Below, piece by piece: positions 48,187 to 56,987 of a DNA stretch of 64,000 nucleotides. The notes beneath the pieces were generated by a model that saw nothing but the letters and a program-made list of their open reading frames with translations, had not been told where the DNA came from and searched no databases. Positions within the stretch are counted from its first letter, which is position 1, and every line of letters starts with the position of its first letter. A program made the position numbers and the translations under genes. The DNA is taken from assembly GCA_050696075.1 (NCBI GenBank), contig JBOGUF010000138.1, positions 13,684-77,683 on the forward strand, read 5' to 3'. Source of the DNA: Thermomicrobiales bacterium (GTDB taxonomy: Bacteria; Chloroflexota; Chloroflexia; Thermomicrobiales; UBA6265).

Positions 48187-50793
48187 ATGGCAACCAATCA
48201 GCGATTCACTGAGAAGGCGCAAGAAGCGCTGTTGACGGCGCAGCGCGCGACGGAGGAGCGCCGGTTGGCGCAACTCGAACCGGAGACGGTGCTGTACGGT
48301 CTGGTGGGTCAGGGCGACGGCATTGTGCCTCAGATCTTGCTCAAGATCGGCGCCGACCCGGCGGTCATCGAACGTGAGGTCGTGGCGGAGCTGGATCGTC
48401 GGCCGACGTTGCAGTACAGCGCGGAGGCGACCGTCAGCGGTACGACCCGCAAGGTGATCGAGCAGGCCGAAAAGGATGCCCGCCAATTTGGCGACGACTA
48501 TGTTTCGACCGAGCATCTCTTGCTGGGCGTTCTGAGTGTGACGGGGCCGGCGGCGAGCCTGCTACAACGACATGGCGTCACCACCGACCGGGTGCGTGAG
48601 GCGCTGCGAGAGATTCGTGGATCGCAGCGTGTGACGAGCGTCAATCCCGAGGGAACGTATCAATCGCTCGAAAAATATGGACGCGACCTGACGGAGGTCG
48701 CGCAGCGCGGCAAGCTCGATCCGGTCATCGGCCGGGACGAGGAGATCCGGCGCGTGATTCAGGTGTTGTCGCGCCGTACGAAGAACAACCCGGTGCTGAT
48801 CGGCGAGCCAGGCGTCGGCAAGACCGCCATCGCCGGGGGGCTTGCCCAACGCATCGTGCGGGGAGACGTGCCGGAAGGTTTGAAGGAGAAGCGGATCGTC
48901 GCCCTCGACATGGGCGCGCTGGTCGCCGGGGCGAAATTTCGCGGTGAGTTCGAGGAGCGCCTGAAGGCGGTCCTGAAAGAAGTTCAGGATGCCGAAGGCC
49001 AGATCATCCTCTTCATCGACGAACTGCACACCGTCGTCGGCGCGGGGCGGGCTGAGGGGTCGATGGACGCCTCGAATATGCTGAAGCCGATGCTTGCCCG
49101 TGGGGAGTTGCACGCCATCGGGGCGACGACGCTCGATGAGTACCGCAAGCACATCGAAAAGGACGCCGCGCTCGAACGCCGCTTCCAGCCGGTCTACGTT
49201 GGCGAACCATCGGTCGAAGACACCATCTCGATCCTGCGCGGTCTACGCGAGCGTTATGAAACCCATCATCAGGTGCGGATCCTCGATTCCGCGCTGGTGG
49301 CCGCCGCGACGTTGTCGCACCGCTACATCGCCGACCGGTTCTTGCCGGACAAGGCGATCGACCTCGTCGACGAGTCCGCGTCGAAGCTCCGTATGGAGAT
49401 CACGTCGATGCCGGTCGAACTGGACGAGATCGAGCGCCGGATCATGCAGTTGGAGATCGAGCGCGAGGCGCTGAAGAAAGAAAAAGACTCGGCCTCCCAG
49501 GAGCGCCTGAAGACGCTCGAGAAGGAACTGGCCGACCTCAAAGAGCAGCGCGACGCGCTGCGCTCGAAGTGGGATCAGGAGCGGCAGGCGATCCAGGCGG
49601 TGTCGCAGCTTCGCGAGCAAATCGACCAGACGAAAGTCGAGATCGAGCAATCGCAACGAGCGTACGACTACAACAAGGCGGCCGAACTCCAGTATGGCAA
49701 GCTCGTTCAGCTCCAAGAGCAAGTCAAAGAAGAGGAGCGGAAGCTCCAACAGCTCCAAGCCGCGGGTCAACTCCTCAAGGAGGAAGTCGACGCTGAGGAT
49801 ATCGCCGAGGTGGTGAGCCGCTGGACCGGTGTGCCGGTCAGCCGCCTAATGGAGGGCGAGATCGAGAAGCTGCTCCGCATGGAGGATCAACTCCACCTGC
49901 GCGTGATCGGCCAGGACGAAGCCGTCTCGGCGGTCTCGAACGCGATTCGGCGGGCGCGGGCGGGGCTTCAGGACCCGAACCGACCGCTCGGCAGCTTCAT
50001 CTTCCTCGGGCCGACGGGTGTGGGCAAGACGGAACTGGGGCGGGCGCTGGCGGAGTTTCTCTTCGATTCCGAGCAGGCAACCGTTCGCATCGACATGTCG
50101 GAGTACATGGAGAAGCACTCCGTGGCGCGACTAATCGGGGCGCCGCCGGGCTACGTCGGATATGAGGAGGGTGGACAGCTCTCCGAGGCGGTACGCCGTC
50201 GTCCGTATAGCATCGTTCTCTTCGACGAGATCGAGAAAGCCCACCCGGACGTTTTCAACGTCCTGCTCCAGATTCTGGACGACGGACGGTTGACCGACAG
50301 CCAGGGGAGGACGGTCGACTTCCGGAACACCGTCATCGTGATGACGAGCAACCTGGGCTCAACCTACATCAGTGCCGCCGGCCAACAGGGCGAGGAGGAG
50401 ATGCGACGCAACGTGATGGAGGCGTTGCGCGCTAACTTCCGGCCGGAGTTTTTGAACCGGATCGACGAGGTCGTGATCTTCACCCCACTCTCCCGCGAGC
50501 AGATCGGGGAGATCGTCGAAATCCAGCTCAAGAGACTATCGGACCGGCTGGCTGACCGTCAGATCTCGGTGCAGGTGACACCGGCGGCCAAGGAGTGGTT
50601 GGCGCTGCGTGGGTACGATCCGGTGTTCGGCGCGCGGCCGTTGAAGCGGGTCATCCAGAAGGAAGTTCTCGATCCGCTTGCAATGAAGGTGCTCAACGGC
50701 GAGTTGCATGACGGTGAAACGGTCGTCATCGATGCCGAGGCCGGTCACCTCACCTTTCACTCGACGTTGACGCAGGCGCCCGTGGTCGCTTGA
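48187..50793 (+). CDS. clpB: ATP-dependent chaperone ClpB
   Basis: Clp N domain, two AAA+ modules ([10 protein letters not shown] and [10 protein letters not shown]), and a long coiled-coil M domain. 868 aa. Confidence 0.95.
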   Translation: MATNQRFTEKAQEALLTAQRATEERRLAQLEPETVLYGLVGQGDGIVPQILLKIGADPAVIEREVVAELDRRPTLQYSAEATVSGTTRKVIEQAEKDARQFGDDYVSTEHLLLGVLSVTGPAASLLQRHGVTTDRVREALREIRGSQRVTSVNPEGTYQSLEKYGRDLTEVAQRGKLDPVIGRDEEIRRVIQVLSRRTKNNPVLIGEPGVGKTAIAGGLAQRIVRGDVPEGLKEKRIVALDMGALVAGAKFRGEFEERLKAVLKEVQDAEGQIILFIDELHTVVGAGRAEGSMDASNMLKPMLARGELHAIGATTLDEYRKHIEKDAALERRFQPVYVGEPSVEDTISILRGLRERYETHHQVRILDSALVAAATLSHRYIADRFLPDKAIDLVDESASKLRMEITSMPVELDEIERRIMQLEIEREALKKEKDSASQERLKTLEKELADLKEQRDALRSKWDQERQAIQAVSQLREQIDQTKVEIEQSQRAYDYNKAAELQYGKLVQLQEQVKEEERKLQQLQAAGQLLKEEVDAEDIAEVVSRWTGVPVSRLMEGEIEKLLRMEDQLHLRVIGQDEAVSAVSNAIRRARAGLQDPNRPLGSFIFLGPTGVGKTELGRALAEFLFDSEQATVRIDMSEYMEKHSVARLIGAPPGYVGYEEGGQLSEAVRRRPYSIVLFDEIEKAHPDVFNVLLQILDDGRLTDSQGRTVDFRNTVIVMTSNLGSTYISAAGQQGEEEMRRNVMEALRANFRPEFLNRIDEVVIFTPLSREQIGEIVEIQLKRLSDRLADRQISVQVTPAAKEWLALRGYDPVFGARPLKRVIQKEVLDPLAMKVLNGELHDGETVVIDAEAGHLTFHSTLTQAPVVA

Positions 50794-50813
50794 CGCGGAG
50801 AACACGTTGGAAC

Positions 50814-50840
50814 GGCCGGCCGTGATGCACGGCCGGCCGC
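50814..50840 (+). terminator. 12-bp GC hairpin after clpB
   Basis: CGGCCGGCCGTG-atg-CACGGCCGGCCG. Confidence 0.45.
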
Positions 50841-50925
50841 TGTCGTCCCAGTCTCTGGCTCGGTACAGGGGCTATACTGATCGCCGGTCGGCTGTTGGTA
50901 TCCATAACGGGCAGGTAGGCGAGCC

Positions 50926-51060
50926 ATGGACGTTCTCGAGTCAATCGTCCGAGCCGGCGTGATGCTCGTGTTCCTGGTGGTCGTGATTATGGCCGTGGCG
51001 GCACTCTTCATGATCGTCTTCGGCATTGCCACCGGCATCGACGACAAGCTCCAGAGCTAA
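50926..51060 (+). CDS. Small hydrophobic protein (44 aa, one or two TM helices)
   Basis: MDVLESIVRAGVMLVFLVVVIMAVAALFMIVFGIATGIDDKLQS*. It is below the ORF-track cutoff. High-GC3 codons and its position upstream of the DUF2905 gene support it. Confidence 0.4.
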   Translation: MDVLESIVRAGVMLVFLVVVIMAVAALFMIVFGIATGIDDKLQS

Positions 51061-51085
51061 TGGCTCGGGATCGGCCGAAACGCGT

Positions 51086-51310
51086 ATGCTGGATGCTGGA
51101 TCGCTCGGCCGGGCGCTGATGATCGCCGGGGCAATACTCATTCTGGTCGGCGTGCTGCTGGCGGTGTCTGGACGCGTGCCGATAGTGGGCCGGCTGCCTG
51201 GTGACTTCACGATCAAACGTGGTTCGACGACGATCTATCTGCCGTTTGCGACGTCGCTGCTCCTGAGCATCCTGCTCACCCTCGTGGCGCGCTTCGTCTT
51301 TCGCCGGTAG
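51086..51310 (+). CDS. DUF2905 family small membrane protein
   Basis: LMIAGAILILVGVLL...GRLPGDFTIKRGSTTIYLPFATSLLLSILLTLV matches the family hallmark GRLPGD...fP..tS...S..LT. Confidence 0.7.
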   Translation: MLDAGSLGRALMIAGAILILVGVLLAVSGRVPIVGRLPGDFTIKRGSTTIYLPFATSLLLSILLTLVARFVFRR

Positions 51311-51373
51311 TGAGCGTCGCCCGCACATGTAGTCGCGTAACGTCAAGGGATCGTGAACGGCGCCACTGTTCTA

Positions 51374-51402
51374 TTGACGCGATCAGGGCCACGACCTACA
51401 TT
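51374..51402 (+). promoter_or_regulatory. Candidate sigma-70 promoter
   Basis: TTGACG (51374-51379), 17-nt spacer, TACATT (51397-51402), upstream of the 51481/51529 gene. Confidence 0.3.
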
Positions 51403-51480
51403 TGCCCGCGCTGAGCACTCGGCGGCGAGCACTTCTCGTGCTCGCACGAGTCTTGCAGAGACGAGCGAACGTCGCCCAAC

Positions 51481-53502
51481 GTGGGGCGACGCATGTGGAG
51501 ACCGATGGCGGCGCGTCCGCCGGGAGCGATGAACGTGATGCGATCTCTCAGCGTGCCGAGGGGCCGGCGACAGCGAATGGTGTCCGGCCTGCTCGCCCTC
51601 TTAATGATTTCGACGATGGCGGCCGGGGCGGCAATCGGATTTGGTCCGGTCGTCGCGCGTGCCCAGGCCGAGGGTCTTGAAACCGCGAGCTTGGCGCCTG
51701 ACACGGCCCTGATCTACATGTCGATATCGCTTGATACCGAAGGCGAGCAATGGATGCAGGCGGACGCGTTGCTGCAGCGTCTGGGCATCGAGTCGATCGA
51801 GTCGGTAATGTCCGACCCAAGCGCGGGTATGACACCGGAAGACTTGGCCGCCATTGAGGAGTTCGAAGTCTTCCTTGGCGGCGAAATCGGGTTGGTCATC
51901 ACCAGTCTTGAGGCCGCGCAAGAGGCCGGAGCTGAACTGTCGGGTGGAGTGGGCATGCCGGCCGTTGCCGCCGCGCAGCCGGTGGGAACGCCGGAGGCGA
52001 CTGATGCCGACGGGTCGGAAGGTTTTGCCGCTATTGCCCAGCCGGACGATGTGGCCGCTGCCTGGACCGTGGTCGAAGAGCAGCTCCAAGCGGATGCCAC
52101 CGAAACTGGACAGACTGTTGCCGAAGAGGATTACCAGGGGGTGACGATCCTGTCGGTCGCCGGTGATGAAACGACCGATGCATCGGGCACAGCGGTTGCC
52201 CAAGTCGATGACTCCATCGTCTTGGCGCCCGCGGTGGTGGACGTGCAGGCGATCGTCGACGTACAGCTTGGCAACACCGGCGCCCTCGCCGACGTGGAGC
52301 AGTTCCAGGAGCTGTCGGCGGCGTTCACGGAGCCGAGGCTGGCCTTTATCTACGTCAATGGCCCGGCCGTCTTTGCCGAGTCGATGGCCGGCGCTGACAT
52401 GACGGGCTTCGGCGACATGGGGCAGTTTGGCGAGATGTTTGCCAACGCTGTCAATGCCTACAGCGCCGCGACCGTCTCCGCGGTAGACGCCGGCTTCCGC
52501 TTCGACACGCTGACGATGCCTGGCGAAGGCGGTGAACTGCCGCCGATGCCGGCGAACTTCACTCCGACGCTGCCGGAGAAGGTGCCGAGCAACACGGTGC
52601 TGCTGGTTGACGGCGCCGACCTCGGCGCCACGGGCGGCCTCGATGTTCTGGCCCTGCTTTTTGTGCAGGGGATGCTCGGCATCGATCCGGCGGCGACGCC
52701 GGTCCCGACCGCCTCACCCGAGGCGTATGCGACCAGCCTCTTCGAGCAGGCGGCAATGTTCCTTGGCTTCAACATCAAGACCGATGTCATCGACCAACTC
52801 GTCGGTGAGTATGGGCTCGCCCTTTGGGGCATCGAGACGCTCGATCCGACGCAGGTTAACGCGCTCTTCGTCTCGGGCGTCAACGATCCGGCCACCTTCA
52901 ACAGCGCGGTCTCTCAGATATCGCTGCTCATTCAGAGCGGCGCACAGGGCCAGATATCGATCACCACCCGGCAGATCGGGACCGACACTGTCAACGTCGT
53001 CGATCTCTCCGCCACCGGCACGCCGGCGACCGTGGAATACGGCGTCGTGGGCGGCGAGTTCGTGCTCGGCGTCAACAACGGCATCACGGAGTACACGGGC
53101 GGGACGACTGATCCGCTCTCCGCGAACCCGACCTATCAAGAGGCGTTGGCCGCGCTGCCAGCGGAGCATAATTCCGTGGTCTTCGTGAATATCAGCCAGA
53201 TCGTGCCGATCTTCGAGACGTTCATGGGCTCGATGACCATGACCAGCGAAGATGCGAGCGAGAAGTGCGCCGAATACGCTTCCCAGGAGGCGGCGCAGTC
53301 GGCATACGACGAAGACCCGGGGGCGAACTGGGAGCTCGATCAGGACTTCGACGGTTCGGCGTGCGAGGACTACTTCGCGGCCGCGTCGCCGGTGGCCGAG
53401 CCCGTGGAGCCGGACCTCTCGAAGCTGACAGCATTCGCCGTCGTCGGCTACCAGCAGGATGACATGATTGGTTCGAGCGGAATCTTGGTCATTGCCGAGT
53501 AG
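51481..53502 (+). CDS. Secreted DUF3352-like protein with C-terminal Excalibur calcium-binding domain
   Basis: Signal/TM segment MVSGLLALLMISTMAAGAAIG...ARAQA, an acidic Ala/Thr-rich body, and the Excalibur signature CAEYASQEAAQSAYDEDPGANWELDQDFDGSACE. An alternative start is at 51529. Confidence 0.7.
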   Translation: MGRRMWRPMAARPPGAMNVMRSLSVPRGRRQRMVSGLLALLMISTMAAGAAIGFGPVVARAQAEGLETASLAPDTALIYMSISLDTEGEQWMQADALLQRLGIESIESVMSDPSAGMTPEDLAAIEEFEVFLGGEIGLVITSLEAAQEAGAELSGGVGMPAVAAAQPVGTPEATDADGSEGFAAIAQPDDVAAAWTVVEEQLQADATETGQTVAEEDYQGVTILSVAGDETTDASGTAVAQVDDSIVLAPAVVDVQAIVDVQLGNTGALADVEQFQELSAAFTEPRLAFIYVNGPAVFAESMAGADMTGFGDMGQFGEMFANAVNAYSAATVSAVDAGFRFDTLTMPGEGGELPPMPANFTPTLPEKVPSNTVLLVDGADLGATGGLDVLALLFVQGMLGIDPAATPVPTASPEAYATSLFEQAAMFLGFNIKTDVIDQLVGEYGLALWGIETLDPTQVNALFVSGVNDPATFNSAVSQISLLIQSGAQGQISITTRQIGTDTVNVVDLSATGTPATVEYGVVGGEFVLGVNNGITEYTGGTTDPLSANPTYQEALAALPAEHNSVVFVNISQIVPIFETFMGSMTMTSEDASEKCAEYASQEAAQSAYDEDPGANWELDQDFDGSACEDYFAAASPVAEPVEPDLSKLTAFAVVGYQQDDMIGSSGILVIAE

Positions 53503-53536
53503 ACGACTTCACGCACGAAGTCGATTCAACCTGAGG

Positions 53537-53562
53537 GCGGGGCGGCAATCGAGTCGCCCCGC
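53537..53562 (+). terminator. Rho-independent-like terminator
   Basis: GCGGGGCG-10 nt-CGCCCCGC followed by TCAGTCATTTTG. Confidence 0.45.
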
Positions 53563-53646
53563 TCAGTCATTTTGCGGCCAAGCTATGCTACGATCCGCCG
53601 GGCTCCGTGCGGGCGGCTCGTACACGAACTAGTCGGAGAAGAGAGC

Positions 53647-54705
53647 GTGCCCACGATCAACCTGGATCTGTTGAAGCGCCTGTGTGAGACGCCGGGTATC
53701 TCGGGGCGCGAGGACAAGATACGCGACGTGGTCGTCGCGGAGATGCGGGCGCTCGTCGACGAATTGCGCGTCGACACGATGGGCAACGTAATCGGCACGA
53801 AGCGTGGTGACGGCGGCCCGCGCGTGATGATCGCGGCCCACATGGACGAGATCGGGTTCTTCGTTCGCCACGTCGACGACAAAGGATTTCTTCGGTTACA
53901 GCCGGTAGGCGGATTCGATCCACGGGTGCTGGTCGCCCAACGCGTGACCGTGCATGGGTACGACGGAAACGCGTACCGGGGCGTCGTTCAACCCGCGGCC
54001 AAGCCGATCCACCTCCTCGACCCGAACGAAATCAAACTGCCGAAGCTCGACGAGCTCTTCGTTGACGTCGGGTTGCCAGTGGAGCAAGTCCGCGCCGGGA
54101 TCGAAGTTGGGGACATGGTGACGCTGGAACGTGCGCTGGAATCGTCGGGGGACAGCGTCGTTTCCAAGGCGCTTGACGACCGGGTCGGTCTATTCGTTAT
54201 GATCGAGGCGTTGCGGGCCATCACGGGCCATACCTGCGAGATTCTGGCGGTGGCGACGACGCAAGAGGAGGTTGGCCTGCGCGGAGCGCGGACCGCCGCC
54301 TTTGCGCTGGAGCCGGATATCGCCGTGGCCCTCGACGTCACGCTGGCGGGAGACATTCCAGGCGGCAAGCCGGAGTTGGCGGTAAGCGAGCTCCGCGGCG
54401 GCGTCGCGCTGAAAGTGATGGATTCCTCGCATCTGACCCATCCGAAACTACTGCGCCACCTGCGCGACGTCGCGGACGCCAACGGCATTCCGTATCAGCT
54501 CGAACTGCTCCCGCGAGGCGGCACCGACGCGGGCGCCATGCAACTCTCTCGCGAAGGTACTGCCGCCATTACCCTGAGCATTCCATGCCGGTATGTGCAC
54601 ACGGTCAACGAGATGGCGAACTTGGGCGACATCGACGCGACGATCCAGCTCCTTGCTCGCTTCTTAGAGGACGCTGGGAGCCGGACCTATGGCTACGAAG
54701 TCTGA
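53647..54705 (+). CDS. M42 family metallopeptidase (FrvX/YsdC-like aminopeptidase)
   Basis: LLKRLCETPGISGRED, AAHMDEIGF, ALDDRVG and TTQEEVGLRGA motifs. The GTG start at 53647 is inferred. Confidence 0.85.
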   Translation: MPTINLDLLKRLCETPGISGREDKIRDVVVAEMRALVDELRVDTMGNVIGTKRGDGGPRVMIAAHMDEIGFFVRHVDDKGFLRLQPVGGFDPRVLVAQRVTVHGYDGNAYRGVVQPAAKPIHLLDPNEIKLPKLDELFVDVGLPVEQVRAGIEVGDMVTLERALESSGDSVVSKALDDRVGLFVMIEALRAITGHTCEILAVATTQEEVGLRGARTAAFALEPDIAVALDVTLAGDIPGGKPELAVSELRGGVALKVMDSSHLTHPKLLRHLRDVADANGIPYQLELLPRGGTDAGAMQLSREGTAAITLSIPCRYVHTVNEMANLGDIDATIQLLARFLEDAGSRTYGYEV

Positions 54706-54950
54706 GCCAGACGCGTAACCGGCCAGGCACCCCGGACGTTCTATGGGTCGAGATGCCGACTTCGGGTGTCTCATGTATTACGCGCGCAACGGTCTTTGTC
54801 GCGTGCACACACCGCGTGTTAGCGTAGAGTGATTCTCCCGAAGGGGAGCCGGCGCGGGTTGGCGATTGCCTGTTGAGGCCGGTCCTCCGGCAGACGACCC
54901 GCGCGGCATCGAAGCGTCGCGAATGACGCGACGGCGAGGAGGCACGATCG

Positions 54951-56792
54951 ATGGCTGACAATTTGGACAATCGGCTGGCTCCCCCGGTCGCCGGCAAGCG
55001 AAGCGAACTCGACCAACTCTGGGAAACCATGCGCAAGACTTCACCGCGCGGGTCCCGACGCGACATGCTGCGCTGGTCGGCGGTAGTAGCGGGGGCATTG
55101 GCAACGGCCCGCTTCGGCGTTGGGCCGGCGACCGCGGCGCCTGGTTCGCGATCAACCGCGTCGGCTCGATTCCAGGATGCCGAGATTCAACAGGACGCCA
55201 CAATCTCGGTGCCGTTCAATCCGTTCGGGCAGCCTGTGACGCTCGATCCGCACTACACGGTGAACTGGGGGCCATTCTGGGTGGTCTTCCCCAACGTCTG
55301 GGGCGGCCTCGTCCGCTACAACGAAAACGGCAAGGTCGAACTGGATCTCGCCGAGAGCTACACGGTTAGTGACGACGGCTTGGTCTACACCTTCAAGATC
55401 CGGCCAGACGCCACGTATGCCAGCGGCAATCAGGTCGTCGCCGAGGACTTCATTGCCTCGTGGAGGCGGGCGTTGAACCCGAACCGCCCGTCGCCGATGG
55501 CCGACTTTATGCGGCACGTCGAAGGCTACGAGGACTATCTCGCCAAGAGAAGCGAGGAGCTGGGCGTGCGGGCGGTCGACGAATCGACCGTGGAAGTGAC
55601 GATCAGCGAGCCGTATAGCTTCTTCCTCTCGTACATGGCCGCCTTTGTTTGGAGCGTCGTCGACCCGGCCGTGCTCGAGGCGGAAGGGGACGAGAACTTC
55701 GTTCTGGCCGACGCCGGCACCGGCCCCTGGCGCTTCACCGAGTTCGATCCGGACAGTCAATTCGTGATGGAGCCGAATCCGAACCACTACGGCGGGAATT
55801 CACCCTCGATCGTCCAAATCATCTGGCCCTTCGTCACCGGTCCCAGCGCGGATTCGGATGCGCTCAATCTCTATCGGCAGAACGAGGCGGTCTCGGCGGA
55901 CGTGCCGCTCTCGCTGAAGGCGTCGATCGAAACCGATCCGGAGCTGTCGCAGGAGCTGATCCAGATCCAACCGCACGGATCGACCCGATCGCTGGCGATG
56001 GACTTCAACGCGGAGCCATTCAACGACGTCCGCGTTCGGCGCGCGTTCGCGATGGCGGTCGACCGGAGCGCCTGGGCCAACGATATCTGGGAAGGGACCT
56101 ATTCGGCGACGAGCGCGTTCACGCCGCCGGTCGTAACGACCCTCAGCGAGTACGAGCCGCCGGATGGGATCGACTTCGATCCTGATGGAGCCCAACAACT
56201 GTTGGAGGAGGCCGGCTTCGCTAACGGCGAAGGGCTGCCGGAGATTACCTACTACGAACCGGCGGAGGACTCGGACGACGAGAAGGCACGCTGGCGGTCA
56301 TTCCTCGACATGATCCAGGAGAATCTGGGCGTTGAGATTATTCACGACACGTCGCGGACGCTCGATCAGATCCAGGATTTACAGGCGGACAACGGCGGAC
56401 GCCAGTTCGATATCGTTTGGTGGTGGAACATTACCGAGACACCGCACTTGCTGACCGAGGTGTTCGCGTCAGACTCGCCGTACATGCAGGGCGTTTTCAA
56501 CTGGAACGCGGAGTTGGAGGCGTCGGGGGATTTCGATCCGGGCGCCGACTCCGAGGCATTTGACGAGCTCGTGGAGCAGGCCGACGTCGAGACAGACGCC
56601 GCGGCGCGCAACGATCTCTTCCGCCAAGCAGAGGAGTTGGCGCTCAGGAACGCGGTCTACGTGCCGCTCGGCAACTGGATTCAAATGTACGTCCAGAAGC
56701 CGTGGCTGCAAGGGACCAAGCAGGGCCCGTGGACCGGTCGCCTGCCGGTGTGGTTCGACAGGGACGTGGTGGTACTCCAGCACGACGAATAG
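54951..56792 (+). CDS. ABC transporter substrate-binding protein, family 5, Tat signal (orphan)
   Basis: GAGGAGG RBS and twin-arginine signal GSRRDMLRWSAVVAGALATA. It is a paralog-type of 26789..28615, with no adjacent permease or ATPase genes. Confidence 0.9.
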   Translation: MADNLDNRLAPPVAGKRSELDQLWETMRKTSPRGSRRDMLRWSAVVAGALATARFGVGPATAAPGSRSTASARFQDAEIQQDATISVPFNPFGQPVTLDPHYTVNWGPFWVVFPNVWGGLVRYNENGKVELDLAESYTVSDDGLVYTFKIRPDATYASGNQVVAEDFIASWRRALNPNRPSPMADFMRHVEGYEDYLAKRSEELGVRAVDESTVEVTISEPYSFFLSYMAAFVWSVVDPAVLEAEGDENFVLADAGTGPWRFTEFDPDSQFVMEPNPNHYGGNSPSIVQIIWPFVTGPSADSDALNLYRQNEAVSADVPLSLKASIETDPELSQELIQIQPHGSTRSLAMDFNAEPFNDVRVRRAFAMAVDRSAWANDIWEGTYSATSAFTPPVVTTLSEYEPPDGIDFDPDGAQQLLEEAGFANGEGLPEITYYEPAEDSDDEKARWRSFLDMIQENLGVEIIHDTSRTLDQIQDLQADNGGRQFDIVWWWNITETPHLLTEVFASDSPYMQGVFNWNAELEASGDFDPGADSEAFDELVEQADVETDAAARNDLFRQAEELALRNAVYVPLGNWIQMYVQKPWLQGTKQGPWTGRLPVWFDRDVVVLQHDE

Positions 56793-56813
56793 GGAATCGG
56801 CATCCTCGCCAAA

Positions 56814-56845
56814 CACGGGAGCAGGCAGTACTGCCTGCTCCCGTG
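56814..56845. terminator. 15-bp perfect palindrome between convergent genes
   Basis: CACGGGAGCAGGCAGTACTGCCTGCTCCCGTG. Confidence 0.5.
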
Positions 56846-56987
56846 CTCATATCATGAAGCGCGCGAGCGGAGCAGACCGCGAGACCGTGCCTGCACCTCG
56901 TCGTTTCGACGTCAGGAAGAATCACGCCTCGCAAGGCGAGCGAAGGAGATTCCTTGCTGGCCCGGAGTGATGGGGGTCTATCAGCCG

